From: Octopus sinensis
Lineage: Eukaryota
DNA length: 64,000 nucleotides
Assembly (NCBI RefSeq): GCF_006345805.1
Contig: NC_043015.1
Coordinates: 15,996,001-16,060,000 of the forward strand
Direction: 5' to 3'
The notes beneath the pieces were generated by a model that was not told the DNA's origin, made no database searches, and saw only the letters and a program-made list of their open reading frames with translations. A program made the position numbers and the translations under genes. Shown one piece after another: positions 13,088-25,860 of this stretch (its first letter is position 1; each line of letters begins with the position of its first letter).

Positions 13088-13880
13088 GTGCCTTGGAGCT
13101 CCAAGGGTTTCACTATCTCTTTTGTTTATTAGATATTTCATAGCAATCTCCTGTTCTTGGATTTCAAATGCATAGCCATTGAAGTGTGATGTGATGTAGC
13201 AGTCACAAGTCCAAGTGAGGCTGCACTTAATGTCTTCTTCAAGTCTTCAGGAAAAATACCCATGCATAGTCTATTTTCGGTATGCTGAAAATACCCTCCA
13301 GGTCTTCTTTGAGGTATGTTAGTCTGGCTGTTTTGGGGTTGTATAGGAGGTCATCAGGAAGATCTCTCTTCCTGAGGCACTTACTGCTGACACATAGGAT
13401 ATTGTTCTCTTCACTTTTCAGCACCAAGTCAATATATTTATTTTTGCTGTTGTTGTTTAGCAAGTGCTCTCTGAGAGAGACTATGTGACATTCAAAGATT
13501 ATTTACAAAAATATCAAGCCTCTACCTCTTTTGTATCTTCTTAGGTAGAACTGTCAAAATCACTATTTCTATGGATATTTCAAGTTGATGTCAGTATCTT
13601 GCAGGTTTTGACATCTATGGAGAAAAATTTCCCCACAGCTCAGTCAAGTACCCCAAATGCTGGAATCACCACTGGTACTACAAATGCATTGTGGGATATT
13701 GTCTTGCTGTAAGAGGGGAGTTCTGACTGCCATATTTTACTAAGTCTGGTATAATATTTTGGGGCCACTCTATCTATATTCATAGTAACCTCTTTGATAT
13801 ATTTTCAACAATGCCTAGGTACTTGTAGTATTATTTGTGTGGGACAGGAGAGATAGTAAGACCATCGGTGCAGAGGTTTG
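13088..13880 (-). mobile_element. R4/Dong-like retrotransposon fossil, RT thumb region (upstream part of the same element)
   Basis: YKYLGI, RLSKIWQSEL, HNAFVVPV, IDVKTCKILT and FNGYAFEIQEQEIAMKYLINKR occur in the correct order, with stops and frameshifts. Confidence 0.8.
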
Positions 13881-14099
13881 AGGGGCAGGTTCTAAGGGAC
13901 TGATTTTCCTGGTTCAACAATCAAATGTGAACATTTCTTTTGGTCAAATTCCAGTCCTATGCCAACTCAAAATGCATGTATGTATATATAGTGCCCAACT
14001 GACCCTACTATATTGTGTAGTCAACAAAATCAAAAACAAACAATGTGCATGTGTAAAACTAAAAATATAAAATGGCAACAATTTACCCATCGCACCCTG

Positions 14100-14145
<46 letters not shown>

Positions 14146-14479
14146 CACACACACAAATGAGTAACACAGGTGTATAAGTGTCAATTCATTACACTGTAAT
14201 GAACTGATACATATATATCTTTGTTACTCATTTATATTTTACTTACCTACCCTGGAATCTGCACTTCAAAAGTATTACAGAAAGTATGTTTATAAAAAAG
14301 TACATGTCTGAACAAACAAGAGCAGATTTTGCTATCTGCATACACTGCAAGAATATCAGCAGGGGAAAAATATTCTGCATAAAGTTTGATACTCACCTGA
14401 TATTGCCTGAGTGTGCAAATTAGTTCATCCTAACAAGGTGCCTAAATTTAAGTACCTAATTCAACTGAGTCTAAATCAC

Positions 14480-14522
<43 letters not shown>

Positions 14523-15085
14523 CTAGTTAGCTATTGAATATATGCACTATATTCAGTGCTGTATGACACAAGGCATCAAACTTTAGAATTGGCCAGTGTA
14601 CTAAATATGAACCAAGTTTTAGAATAACATATAGGAAACAATGGTTTATATAACATATAGTTCCATTCTATACTGTGTGACTTGCAACGTTGTTGATAAT
14701 TTACATAAGAAAAATATATATTGAGCTTGTAACACCAGTTATTGCATTTATTGCAAGACACTGAAGTGTACTGTATAATTAAATAATATTTTTTTCTACA
14801 ACTGTTATGTAATTTTGACAGCAATTTGCCAAAATGATTGAATATGCTTTAAAGCATTGAATACCAAAACAGCTTTCAGTATTTTAGTGTGTGTGTGTGT
14901 GAGAAAGAGAGAGAGAGAGAGAGAGAGAGTCGTATGTGTGTATTACTAATGTTCATATACATATGACAGGTACAAAATTACGAAATGCTCTACATATTTC
15001 TTAGTCCATATTTCTTAGTCAATAATATGCCTTGTTGACAATTAAAATAAACAAAATTAATAGAAAAATATATTCTGTAACTTAC

Positions 15086-15220
15086 TCTATGTCCCTTTGG
15101 ACCTGTTGCTCCTTTGTCACCTTCATCACCAAAAACTCCTTGATTTCCAACAGGGCCATCATTGCCAGGGAATCCTGGGAGACCAGGTGGTCCTTGCAAA
15201 CCTCGCAAGCCAAAATTACC
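15086..15220 (-). CDS. COL4A1: Collagen IV alpha1-like exon, 135 nt, 15 Gly-X-Y triplets (GNFGLRGLQGPPGLPGFPGNDGPVGNQGVFGDEGDKGATGPKGHR)
   Basis: Acceptor ttctttttag, donor gtaagt, uninterrupted Gly-X-Y, phase 0/0. Joins in frame to both neighbouring exons. Confidence 0.95.
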
Positions 15221-15604
15221 CTAAAAAGAAATTCAAAATAATAGGATTATAAAAGTGCTGTACTCAGTAAACATTAAGATGATGGATGTATTTGTTGACT
15301 TGATGTCATAGCTGTTCAGAAAAGACATTTCGAAAGATTTTATTTATAAGGAAATTGTCTGTATGAAGATTTAAAAAGATTCCTATATACAGTCAATATA
15401 TTTTAATCTGCAATTTCTGGCAGCAAAATTTTATATATACAGTGCAATAATCTAAGTAATATCAGGGTGGAATAACAACTTATTATTTTTCATCTACTTA
15501 TCTACTATCTGTGAAAATATCTGTCTAAATGACATCCTCTCAAATCATCAGTCATATTTCATTAAGCTTATTTATTTTTTGAAGCTTAATTATTTGTATC
15601 ATTT

Positions 15605-15759
15605 ATCTTTTATTTGTTTCAGTCATTTGAACAAACTGACTTATTTTTTTAAAGCCTAGTACTTATTCTACACTTTTGCTGAACCACTAAGTTACAGAAA
15701 CATAAACAAACCAATACCAATTGTCAAGCAGTGGTGGGGACACAAACACAAAGACACAT

Positions 15760-15810
<51 letters not shown>

Positions 15811-15933
15811 CACAAAATTTTGTTCAGCCCTAGGCTATAGCAGAAGGCACTTGCCCAAGGTGTTATACAATGGGACTGAACCTAGCAATATGTGGTTGGA
15901 AAGCAAGCTTCTTACTACACAGCTATGCCTGCA
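15605..15933 (-). mobile_element. tRNA-derived SINE (family 1) with central (CA)n
   Basis: The minus strand starts gcaggcatagctgtgtagtaagaagcttgct..ggttcagtccc. The same head occurs at 27898, 36520, 52460, 58388 and 59240-59410. It ends aaatgactgaaacaaataaaag. Confidence 0.8.
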
Positions 15934-16199
15934 CCTTATAACTAAATTATAAATATCTGGAGATGACAGAAACAAATAAAAGATAAATGATACAAATAAT
16001 TAAGCTTGAAAAAATAAATAAGCTTAATGAAATATGACTGATGATTTGAGAGGATGTCATTTAGACAGATGCTAAGTGATCTGCATTCTGACCAGAACTG
16101 CTCAATTACACCTCACAATTACAATGGAACAAACAAGCAGCAATAATTTTTATAGAAAAGTAGGCAGCAGGGACCTATTTCTACACTAAAAATGAGGCC

Positions 16200-16800
16200 T
16201 ACCCACCAGAACCAAGCCCATAAGAAGGAAATGAAATTTTCTGGATAAGTAACAAATGTGGTGAGGCAGTAGATGGATCAATCAATACCAAGCAATTCCA
16301 ACAGGTTCTTTTGAACAAAAGCTATCCACCATATTTTGACAAATCACAGTAAATGCCAATATACCCATAAGAAAGACCTGTACCTCTGAAGATAGTGTGA
16401 ATTTTCAGAGACTGCTGTGTATCAGTGATAGCACCAATGTTGTAATTCAACCTGTTAAGCACAATGTGCAGAGAGTTTGACTATACAGATGATGCTTTCT
16501 GATTCTTGTTTAATGAAATTCTTGTATAGAAATTAGTCAACAGACAAAGTGATATATGCACAACAATATGTGACTGATGGCTTATGATATGTACGAAAAA
16601 ATCTGCAATAAAAGTGCTTCCTATATGAGGAGCACTGTTCAAAAACAGCTTAACCACATTAAGGAACAGATCCACACAAATACATCAGTTAAGAGACATT
16701 TGAAGAAATTCCACACCTAAAGAATCACAGTTGCTATTTAGGCTATCCAACCATTAATAAGAGATGCAAGCTGCATGAAGTAAAATGGTTTATTATAACA
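16200..16800 (+). mobile_element. Decayed RT fragment (RTE-like)
   Basis: Residual VRQ*.. and FDYTDDA (a YxDD-like motif) in the expected order. Confidence 0.35.
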
Positions 16801-17104
16801 ATGCCAGACTGTGCATGTCGTAACCCTCTCTCACAAAACAGTAACATACATACACATATATATACATACACACACAGAACCACAAAATGCTTAGTTTTGT
16901 GTGTGTGAGTGAGTGTATGCTATTTAGTTTTCTCTTCTCAAATTTTGAGTTAAGAATCTAGTACTGGTATGCACTACACCAGTAATATATATATATATAT
17001 ATATATATAGACATTCAGAATCTGAGGAAGTAATATCCACATAAATATATCTGGTTTTACCAGATATATTGATAGGAAGATCATCAATATATATGTCTAT
17101 AAAC

Positions 17105-17618
17105 AGTCTCATAAAATTAAAAAGTCAATAAAAGAAAATGGAGAAGAAAAATGTTAAATATGCTTGGTTCGTTTTATTTGTATTACAATTGGAAAAGTAA
17201 TGCAAAATAAAAGTTGAAAAATATACCTATAAGAGTTTAAAAGGAACCGTCTCAACCAACTAAATAACCTAAAAATATCAAAAAACAAGAAGATATTCTT
17301 CATACACATATATGTTTTGATATAACAATATTTAAGAATCATCAATAATTATAACTTTAAAAGATGCAATAATCTGTATATTGTTAGAACTCTTCAAGAA
17401 AAATAAGAAAAATGTATGTAGAATATCTTATAATTTTTTTTATATTTTGGGGTTATTTTGTTGGTTGAGGAGGTTCCTTTTATACTCTTAATAGGTATAT
17501 TTTTTTCATCTTTTGATTTGCATTACTTTTCCAATTGTAATACAAATAAAACAAACCAAGCATCTTTTTAATTTTTCTTCTCCATTTCCTTTTAGAGACT
17601 TTTTAATTTTATGAGACT
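17105..17618. mobile_element. Fold-back/MITE-like element with ~210-bp inverted arms
   Basis: The left arm agtctcataaaattaaaaagtc...tttatttgtattacaattggaaaagtaatgc...atattct matches the reverse complement of 17422-17618. Confidence 0.85.
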
Positions 17619-17622
17619 ACAT

Positions 17623-18131
17623 ATCATCATCATCATCATTTAACGTCTGCTTTCCATGCTAGCATGAGTTGGACAATTTGACTGAGGACTGGCGAACCAG
17701 TTAGCTGCACCAGACTCCAATCTTGATCTGGCAGAGTTTTTACAGCTGGATACCCTTCCTAACGCCAACCACTCCGAGAGTGTAGTGGGTGCTTTTACAT
17801 GCCACTGGCACGAGGGCCAATCAGGCAGTACTGGCAATGGCCACTCTCAAATGGTGTTTTGTACATGCCACCTGCACAGGAGCCAGTCCAGCGGCACTGA
17901 CAACAACCTCGCTTGAATGTTTTTTCACGAGCCACCGGTACAAGTGCCAGTAAAGTGACACTGGTAACAATCACACTCGAATGGTGCTTTTTACGTATCA
18001 CCGGCATGGAAGCCAGTTAGCTACTCTGGCAACGATCATGCTCAGATGGTACTCTTAGCGCTCCACTAGCACGGATGCCAGTCATCGAATTTGATTTCGA
18101 TTTCACTTGCTTCAACAGGTCGTCACAAGCA
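17623..18131 (-). mobile_element. RTE 3'UTR copy (AAAATC-like spacer, ~4 tandem units, conserved terminus, (GAT)n tail)
   Basis: Reverse-complement match to 2415-2640 and 34020-34558. Confidence 0.9.
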
Positions 18132-18959
18132 AATATATATATATATATATAATCACCAAAAACATAGATTTTATTTTAGTTGAGTAAACATTGCTGACAA
18201 AACACTTCTGAACTTCATTAAAAGTTAATCATATAAATTTTTATTGAATACGCAATTTTACCAGATTTAATTTTCTATCTTTAAACTAAGAAATGAAAAC
18301 AGCAATTAAATATTTTACAGGTAGAATAGATCTAAGAGTGCAAAATATGGGATTGTTTAAAACCAAATTCTGCTTTGAAATGCTATAATACTGAGAATTG
18401 AAAGTAGCAATCAGGCAGAACATTTATTGCCAGTTATGCTGGGTTTCAGAAAGGACAGAGAAGCAAAGCATAACTGAGTAAGGAAGGTGTTGATACTGAT
18501 TTGAGAAGTATTCACCAAGAAGACAGATCGTTATTAATGTCCATCTCTTATTTCACTAATAATATTTCAACTGTGGTGAAAACGTGCATTTTTTAATGGA
18601 AGGGAATCCCGACCTCTTTCTCATATAACCATAAAATTCCTTCTATTAAGGCATTCATGGGTACCAATACCTGACAGCTATACTATGGCCTCCTTTAGAG
18701 AACACACACACACACACCAGACAGCCAGGTGTGTATATATGTATGTAGGTAAGTAGGTAGAGAGAAGAGATCACAGATATATAGTTGGAAGTTGGGGAGT
18801 GATGGCTAAATAGATAGAAGGTGTGTGTTTGTGTGTGTGTGCACGAGAGAGAGAGAATAGTGAGAGATTTACAGATGGCTGGAGAGGGTGTGAGACATAT
18901 AGGTAATGAGGGATATTACTTTCGTCCAATTATGTGTGGTCTTGTGTGATTAGGCATAT

Positions 18960-19225
18960 AGCAATGTCACAAAATAAAATAATAGCAGAGTTTCAGATGA
19001 GGAGCCCAATACCTCATGAGAAAGAGAAAAATTACAGATATTAGGGATGGATAAAAATGTAAAAAAATCTGAATCTGAAAACAACTTCTACAGAATTGTA
19101 ATGTCTGTTCTCTGAAACATATGAATACTTAAAAAAAAAAAAGACAAAAAAACTACCCATTGTAGTTTTCCATGAGGTATGGGTTCTCTAATTCGAAATT
19201 CTACCAACGTTTCACTATGACAATA
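18960..19225. mobile_element. Degenerate MITE-like element
   Basis: gagcccaatacctcatgagaaa (from 19002) is an imperfect inverted repeat of ttttccatgaggtatgggttctc (19166-19188); weaker similarity continues outward. Confidence 0.45.
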
Positions 19226-19416
19226 ATCAAATAACAAATAACTGCAGACTTGAAGACTTATTTATGAGTTCAAAAATTCTTCCCACAACCTGTTGTTTGT
19301 CATTGATAGATAGAGAAATTCATAGACAGTTTATTTATCTTAATACCTCTCACCCACACTACGTATCCAAGGAATGAGAACTATAGGGGTAAATAAACTC
19401 ATTCTCGCTCTTTCTC

Positions 19417-19452
<36 letters not shown>

Positions 19453-19924
19453 AGTTGATCTATCTGTTTGTCTCTATTTGTTGGAATCAGCAAGCAGACT
19501 TTCACTCCACAGATATTTGTTGTTATGTTAATCACAGGACTGTAAGCTACATACAACTGCAAAGATTTAATACCTGCAGTGTAAACATGTTGTTTGAGAC
19601 ACACCAACACATTATGTGTATCTGTGTGTATATATTTGTTCAACTGCCCATTTACATACATACATTGCATATAAAATAATTTGACTTTGTCGTATGGACA
19701 ATATATCAACCTCGAATTATGATAACATTTCAAGGAAACCTCAGAAAGATAGAAAAGGTTTTAACCAAACTGAGTCAACATGTTTTCAGTCAACATGATT
19801 TCAGTCTTCCAAGACCAGCAGAATCTTTGATCATGTTGAGGTCTGACATGCCATCAATCTGTTTCATGATTGACCTTTGGGGAGCTTCCATTTTCATAAT
19901 GTTTTGTTTCATGTAGGGAGACCT

Positions 19925-21183
19925 CAGTGGACAGCAGTATTCAAGGTGGGGTCAGGCAAAAGTGGAGAAGAGAAGGATAATGGTGTGGGAATCTCCTGAC
20001 TGGAAGATTCTGAGAATCCAGGAACACATTCTGCGGGCCATGTCAACTTTGCTGCTTATATGTGTAGCCCAGCTTATGTTGTTGTCCACAGTTACTCCCA
20101 AGTCTCTGATGTTGTTAGATGCCATGAGAATTTCACCAGAAGGAAGGGAGTATGGGAGTTTCAGAGTGTCCTCTCTTCCAAAGTGGATCAATTCGAATTT
20201 GTTTTCATTTAGCAACATGTTGTTCTTTTCTGCCCATTGGACAACAGCCAGTAGGTCTGACTGAAGGCTTATCCGGTCATCCATGCCATTGATGACCTTC
20301 TGGAGCTTGGAATCATCAGCAAAGATGCTGATGTTACTGTGTTTGATGATATCAGTAATGTCATTAATATAGATGATGAAGAGAAGTGGGCCCAACACAG
20401 TGCCTTGTGGGATACCACTACTGACTTTGGCTGGGCTGGACTTGATTCCTTCAATTACAACATGTTGGGTCCTGTTTGACAGGAAGCACTTGATCCACTA
20501 CAGCAGCTTTCCAGTGACACCAATATTGAACAGCTTTCTCAAAAGGATCTTATGATCAACCCTGTCAAAGGCCTTGCTGAAATCAAGGTAGATAGCATCA
20601 GTGTTGGAACCCTCTCCCAAAGCTCTCAAAATGTCATCAAAATGATGCAGTAGCTGTGTCAGGCAATCCCTTCTATTACGGAATCCATGTTGGTTGGAGT
20701 TCAGCATATTATGACTCTCAAGAAAGTGAGTCATTCGCAATCTCACCACTCTCTCAAATACCTTAATGATACGAGAGGTGAGTGAGATTGGACAATAATT
20801 CATGGCAAGGGATTTGTTTCCTTTCTTGAAAACTGGGACAACAGACTGGGATAGAAGGTTTTCTGGTATAAATGCAGCATCCAGTGAGTTCCGCCATAGA
20901 TTGGCTACAGTGGGGGCAAGTTGGTGTTGACACATCTTCAAGACACAAGCAGGGAACCTATCGGGACCTACTGCTGAATTATGCTTGAATTCCTTTATTG
21001 CTGCTAAGACATTAGGGCGCCAAAGGTTATATCCGATAAGGTGTATTGGGGAGTAACATCATTGATAGAGTCCAGATCAGCCATATCAGGATTGCTGAAA
21101 ACAGAGCAGTATTGTTTCTGCAGCATCTCTCTCATGGTTTTGGCATTGTCTTGAAGAGTGCCATTTTCATCAATGAGAGAGCC
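19925..21183 (-). mobile_element. CR1/L2/Jockey-group LINE RT fragment with frameshifts
   Basis: PVFKKGNK, PISLTS, NQHGFR, YLDFSKAFDRVDH, PQGTVLGPLLFIIYIND and FADDSK across three frames. Confidence 0.93.
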
Positions 21184-21822
21184 AACATATATATATACAT
21201 ACATATTTATATATATATATAAATACATAGATATATAAATACATATACATATGAATATATATATGCATATATATATATAAATACATATACATATGAATAT
21301 ATGTATGCATATATACATATATATATATATGCATATATACATATATATACATATGAATATATATATATATACATATAAATATATATATGCATATATATAT
21401 ATAAATACATATACATATGCATATATATATATAAATACATATACATATGAATATATATATGCATATATACATATATATACATATGAATATATATATGCAT
21501 ATATACATATATATATATATGCATATATACATATATATACATATGAATATATATATATATATATACATATATAAATATATATACATATGAATATATATAT
21601 ACATATATAAATATATATATATGTATATATATGTATATATATATATGAATATATATATATATATATGTGTGTGTGTACATTCATTTGCATACTCATGTAT
21701 ACATGTATACAAATGTATACATGTATGCATGCATACACATGCACACATAAAACATTCAAATATATATTCTTTGTTTTGTCTCTCTCTATATATATACGTG
21801 TGTGTGTGTGTGTGTGTGTGTG
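21184..21822. repeat. TA-based microsatellite with recurring GAA/GCA/AAA variant units, followed by (TG)n
   Basis: Direct reading. Confidence 0.95.
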
Positions 21823-22305
21823 TGAAATATTACTTGAAATACATCTAAACTACACATCTCCACAGCATTTTAAAATCTAATTAATACTTTAGGAAATATT
21901 TTGTATCTTTAATGCTAAATTGTTTGAACAGTAACAATCAACTATACATCCGCTCTTCAATGAGAACACTTTTACTGAACATGACTAATAAAAGGAGGAA
22001 ACAGTCTCTTTCAATGTTTTCTTTGATTCTAAGAAGCTTGGTGGTAAACTGCAAAGTGAAAACTGATATTTCTTCAACAGGGTTAAAATATGCAAATATA
22101 GCAACTTCAGGCGTACAACTGAGGCTTTCTTTACCAAATTAAATTTTAACTGGACTATTACTTATTTTCTGTACTATACACTATATGTGGGAATCTATCT
22201 ATTTATCTTTTTAATTAACTGTGTGTGTGTATGTGTGCATGTATAATGTGTATGTATGTGTATGTATAAAGATCTTTGTGTATGTGTGGATATGTGATAC
22301 ATAAC

Positions 22306-22760
22306 ATCATTGTCATCATCATCATTTTAACATCCACTTTTCCATGCTTGCATGGCTTGGACAGAGTTTATTGAAACAGATTTTCTATGGCTGGATGCCC
22401 TTCCTGTCACCAACCCTCACCTGTGTCCAAGCAAATTTGTATTTCCCCATGGCCAGACATGTTTCTACAGAATAGAAATGGGATGACCTCACTGAGGAGA
22501 AGACAATGGACCAAGACTTCTGGTGATTTGCTGTGCTTGAGAAGGCACATCAAGCTAAGTAGAACTATGGCTACTCATACATACAGGCAGGTCCTTTACG
22601 GCCATGCCTCCCTCACCCTCTCTTAGCCAAGAGGTCTTTACCTTGTGGGGTCACAGTGTCATGTAAAAGGCACTTGTGCTAGCACCATGTAAAAAGCACT
22701 CATTCTAGTTTCACATAAAAAGCATTCATGTCAATGCCATGTTAAAACTAGATGAATACC
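22306..22760 (-). mobile_element. SINE family 2 (different body, shares the RTE 3' terminus and (GAT)n tail)
   Basis: The minus strand ends ggaagggcatccagccatagaaa...ccatgcaagcatggaaaagtggatgttaaaatgatgat. The body motif catgtctggccatggggaaata recurs at 36785 and 52915. Confidence 0.75.
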
Positions 22761-25610
22761 ACAAGGCATTTTGCACAGTGTACTAACAATTCCGCCAGCT
22801 TACTGCCTTGTATTTAATATATTAGCATAATGTTTTCAAATGTACAGAATTATACCATGGAATTTCCATGAGTCCTGCTAGTAATAATAACAGTACAGTC
22901 ATTATAATAATAGTAGTACAGTTGGTTTAATAACTTCAAGAATAAAAATGGCCAGAAGCTTAACCAAATTCTATCTTGTTGAATTTCGTCTATCACAGAA
23001 TCTCTTATCATCAGTGAAATAGAATTCATTAAGACATATAACAATATAGACAATAACGATACAGATATTACTGTACATGCCAGCAAGACATTATTTATCA
23101 AATATTTACCTTTGATAAATATTCTACTGGAGTTAAAAGTCAAAACGTATGTGTTTACTCAGCAAATTTATAGACACACACACACAAACATATATATGCA
23201 CACTAGCTCATAATAAACCACTGTATTTTACTCTGAGAAAAATTTAGGAAATTTCACATAGATGACTGAACTGTGAGTTGCTTGTAAGCTATGTATAGGG
23301 TTGCTATATGTAAGTAAAGAATTGGCTGTGAATTCATTAGTAAACATAGTGTACCAGGGTTCTGTCATCAGCTTTCTTACATTTTTACTGGTTATAATAA
23401 GAGTTCAGCAATGCTTATAACTTACTTCTCACAAAGTCAGCCAAACTTCCATAGTTTTACCATAATTGTTTTATCTAGAGGTTAACATGACCTAGACCAA
23501 ATTTTTTGATTAGAAAAAAAATAAAATCATGGGTCACAAATAGAAAATGGTTTCATAGGAAAATAGTAAGATGTGTAGGAGGTGATATTGCATATTATAA
23601 TATGTGAAGAGAAAATACTAAATAGGTACACAAAATGGAATCTCTGGCAAACTGTCAAAGAATTAGGATTTCAGATATGTTAGTTTCACAGTAGTTAGCA
23701 ATAAAGGCATCTTTTTAAAATTATCTCTGAACTACTCAGGCAGTTTACAAAACATACCTGATCCTTTTTATAACCTTGGTGGCTTAATTAGTGCTGGAGG
23801 GGGATACAGTTAATGCATAGTTGCTGGAGTATGGCAAGGGAATTGTTGTCTCTATTAGCAACAAAATGACTTCCTCTGAGCAAAAAATATGAAACATGTG
23901 GGATTCTGTATGAGGGAGAACTACAAAGACCAAAAAAAGATAAAGCAAGCATGCTCCATAGGAAATATAACATCAACCTATAGGAAGGATATATTACTAG
24001 TGAATTTTTGTGATAAAATTACTGCAAGGTACCAAATAAACTCATTCAAAGCCCCAGCACCTTTACAATTTAAAACTTGGTCAATTGTCGAGACAAAAAT
24101 AAAGTAAATTTGTGAATGTATTACATTTCAGGAAAAATCTTATACATTCCAGTTTGACTGGTTTGTTATGCATTAGAATTCCTGTCAATTAAGATGTCTA
24201 ATGCTAACAATTTTGTCAGATGTCATAAAATTCTGAGTAAAATTTTAATTAGCATTTCATTACCCTCTAGTAAGAAACAACAGAGAATGCCTTAATGAGA
24301 AGAGTAAAAGCTAAACCAAAATTGCCTAAACATAACAATACATAAATTATGTACAAATTAAAATTTTTCAGAAAGATCAAAGGTACAATACATGTAATAC
24401 TTATTGGATAACCCAATCAGTAAGGAGACACCAGACTGACAACTTTAATTGTTAGCAATATTTGTACATGTGTTTATAAGAACATTAGCACCCTTAGTGT
24501 AAATATAAAAATTTCCTTGTTTGAATTTAGTCTGGGACCATATAAATATCCAAGAATAACGGTCCTACTGGTGACTGAAAGAAAGGAATATGTATCAACA
24601 CACACACACACACAGATATGTGCATGCATATGTTTGTGTGCACATAGTCTAATGTTGAGGTTTATAGCTCAAAGAATTTATGGTCTATTGGCAAAGTTCC
24701 TATAATACTCAATTAATTTATTAATTAAAGTTTTGGAAAATCTTATTATACCTGAGACTTATTAGTATAATAGACTAAATGTCCAAAACATAATTAAATA
24801 ATGGGTTCTTACATAAAATAGATAATAGCAAGTTGATAGAATGTGATATTACCTTTGGAAAATTAGTAATCAAATGGAAATATAAAGTCATATATAAGTG
24901 CCTCAATTAAAACCAACTGCTTGGCTTTTTTTACAATGAGTTTTAGAAGTATTAAATTTATAGGAAAGAGAACTGATGTTTTGATGCCAATGCCATTTCC
25001 GAGGGAATCAGAAATTAAAGCAAATTGCAGATCTTATTAGTCAGAAGCTAGTTTTGTATGCTGTTGTACTAACCAATAACTAATGTACAGATCCTTAAGT
25101 TTGACTGTGTACTGCTCATTTTTATAACAATACATTCTGGAAAGTTTGTGTACAGAGCTACAGTCCAACATTTATGTTCCAACAATAAAACTTGACATAA
25201 AGCTGTTGCTATCTGTATCTGATAAACAAAAGTGGTGTGAATTGAATAAAAAGAGGTTATTACCAATATAACAGTGTAGCTGTCTATACAAAATAAACAA
25301 GGGACAGTAAGTAAAGCAATAAAGATATAGTTAGGATCTCAGAGATAGATATTGAGATGTTGAAAGAACCAGTTGATATATAGCAGTTAAAACTAAATTA
25401 TGTCCAGAGATGTTTTCCTTGATGGTATTCACTGTAACACTGTGTGTGTGTGTATACATTAACAGTTTGGTGCTGCTCTACATTACATAAATATCAATGA
25501 CTTGTAGGGACGCAGTCTTCCATTATGCAACCATAATGTACTATAAAGTATATTAAACATTTTTCTAAGTCAACACCATATTCTTCTGTGATACCAGGGC
25601 ACTTTACATA

Positions 25611-25734
25611 ACTTGTTAAGGTTTTCTCTACAGATATTCTATAGAAATTATAACAAGCACCGATTTTTGCTACAATGTTTCATATCCTCGGATAGAATAT
25701 CTATAGAATATCTTTAGAGAAAACCTTAATAAGT
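25611..25734. mobile_element. Small MITE-like hairpin, 35-bp arms
   Basis: acttgttaaggttttctctacagatattctataga versus the reverse complement of 25700-25734: 2 mismatches. Confidence 0.7.
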
Positions 25735-25860
25735 GACATTACATAAAGTAATGTGGGGCTGAGTTAACCGTTATTAAATACAGATAACTCTAACCAAATG
25801 TGATATATTCCTAAGATTATACTTTCTGTCATTTGCTCTCAGGTATGTATATATATACAC

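Noticed and set aside
14240-14430. Strong minus-strand donor sites (CAG|gtgagt, CAG|gtaggtaagt) suggesting extra collagen exons
   Set aside because: There is no Gly-X-Y coding potential, and the flanking exons already join collinearly without a gap.
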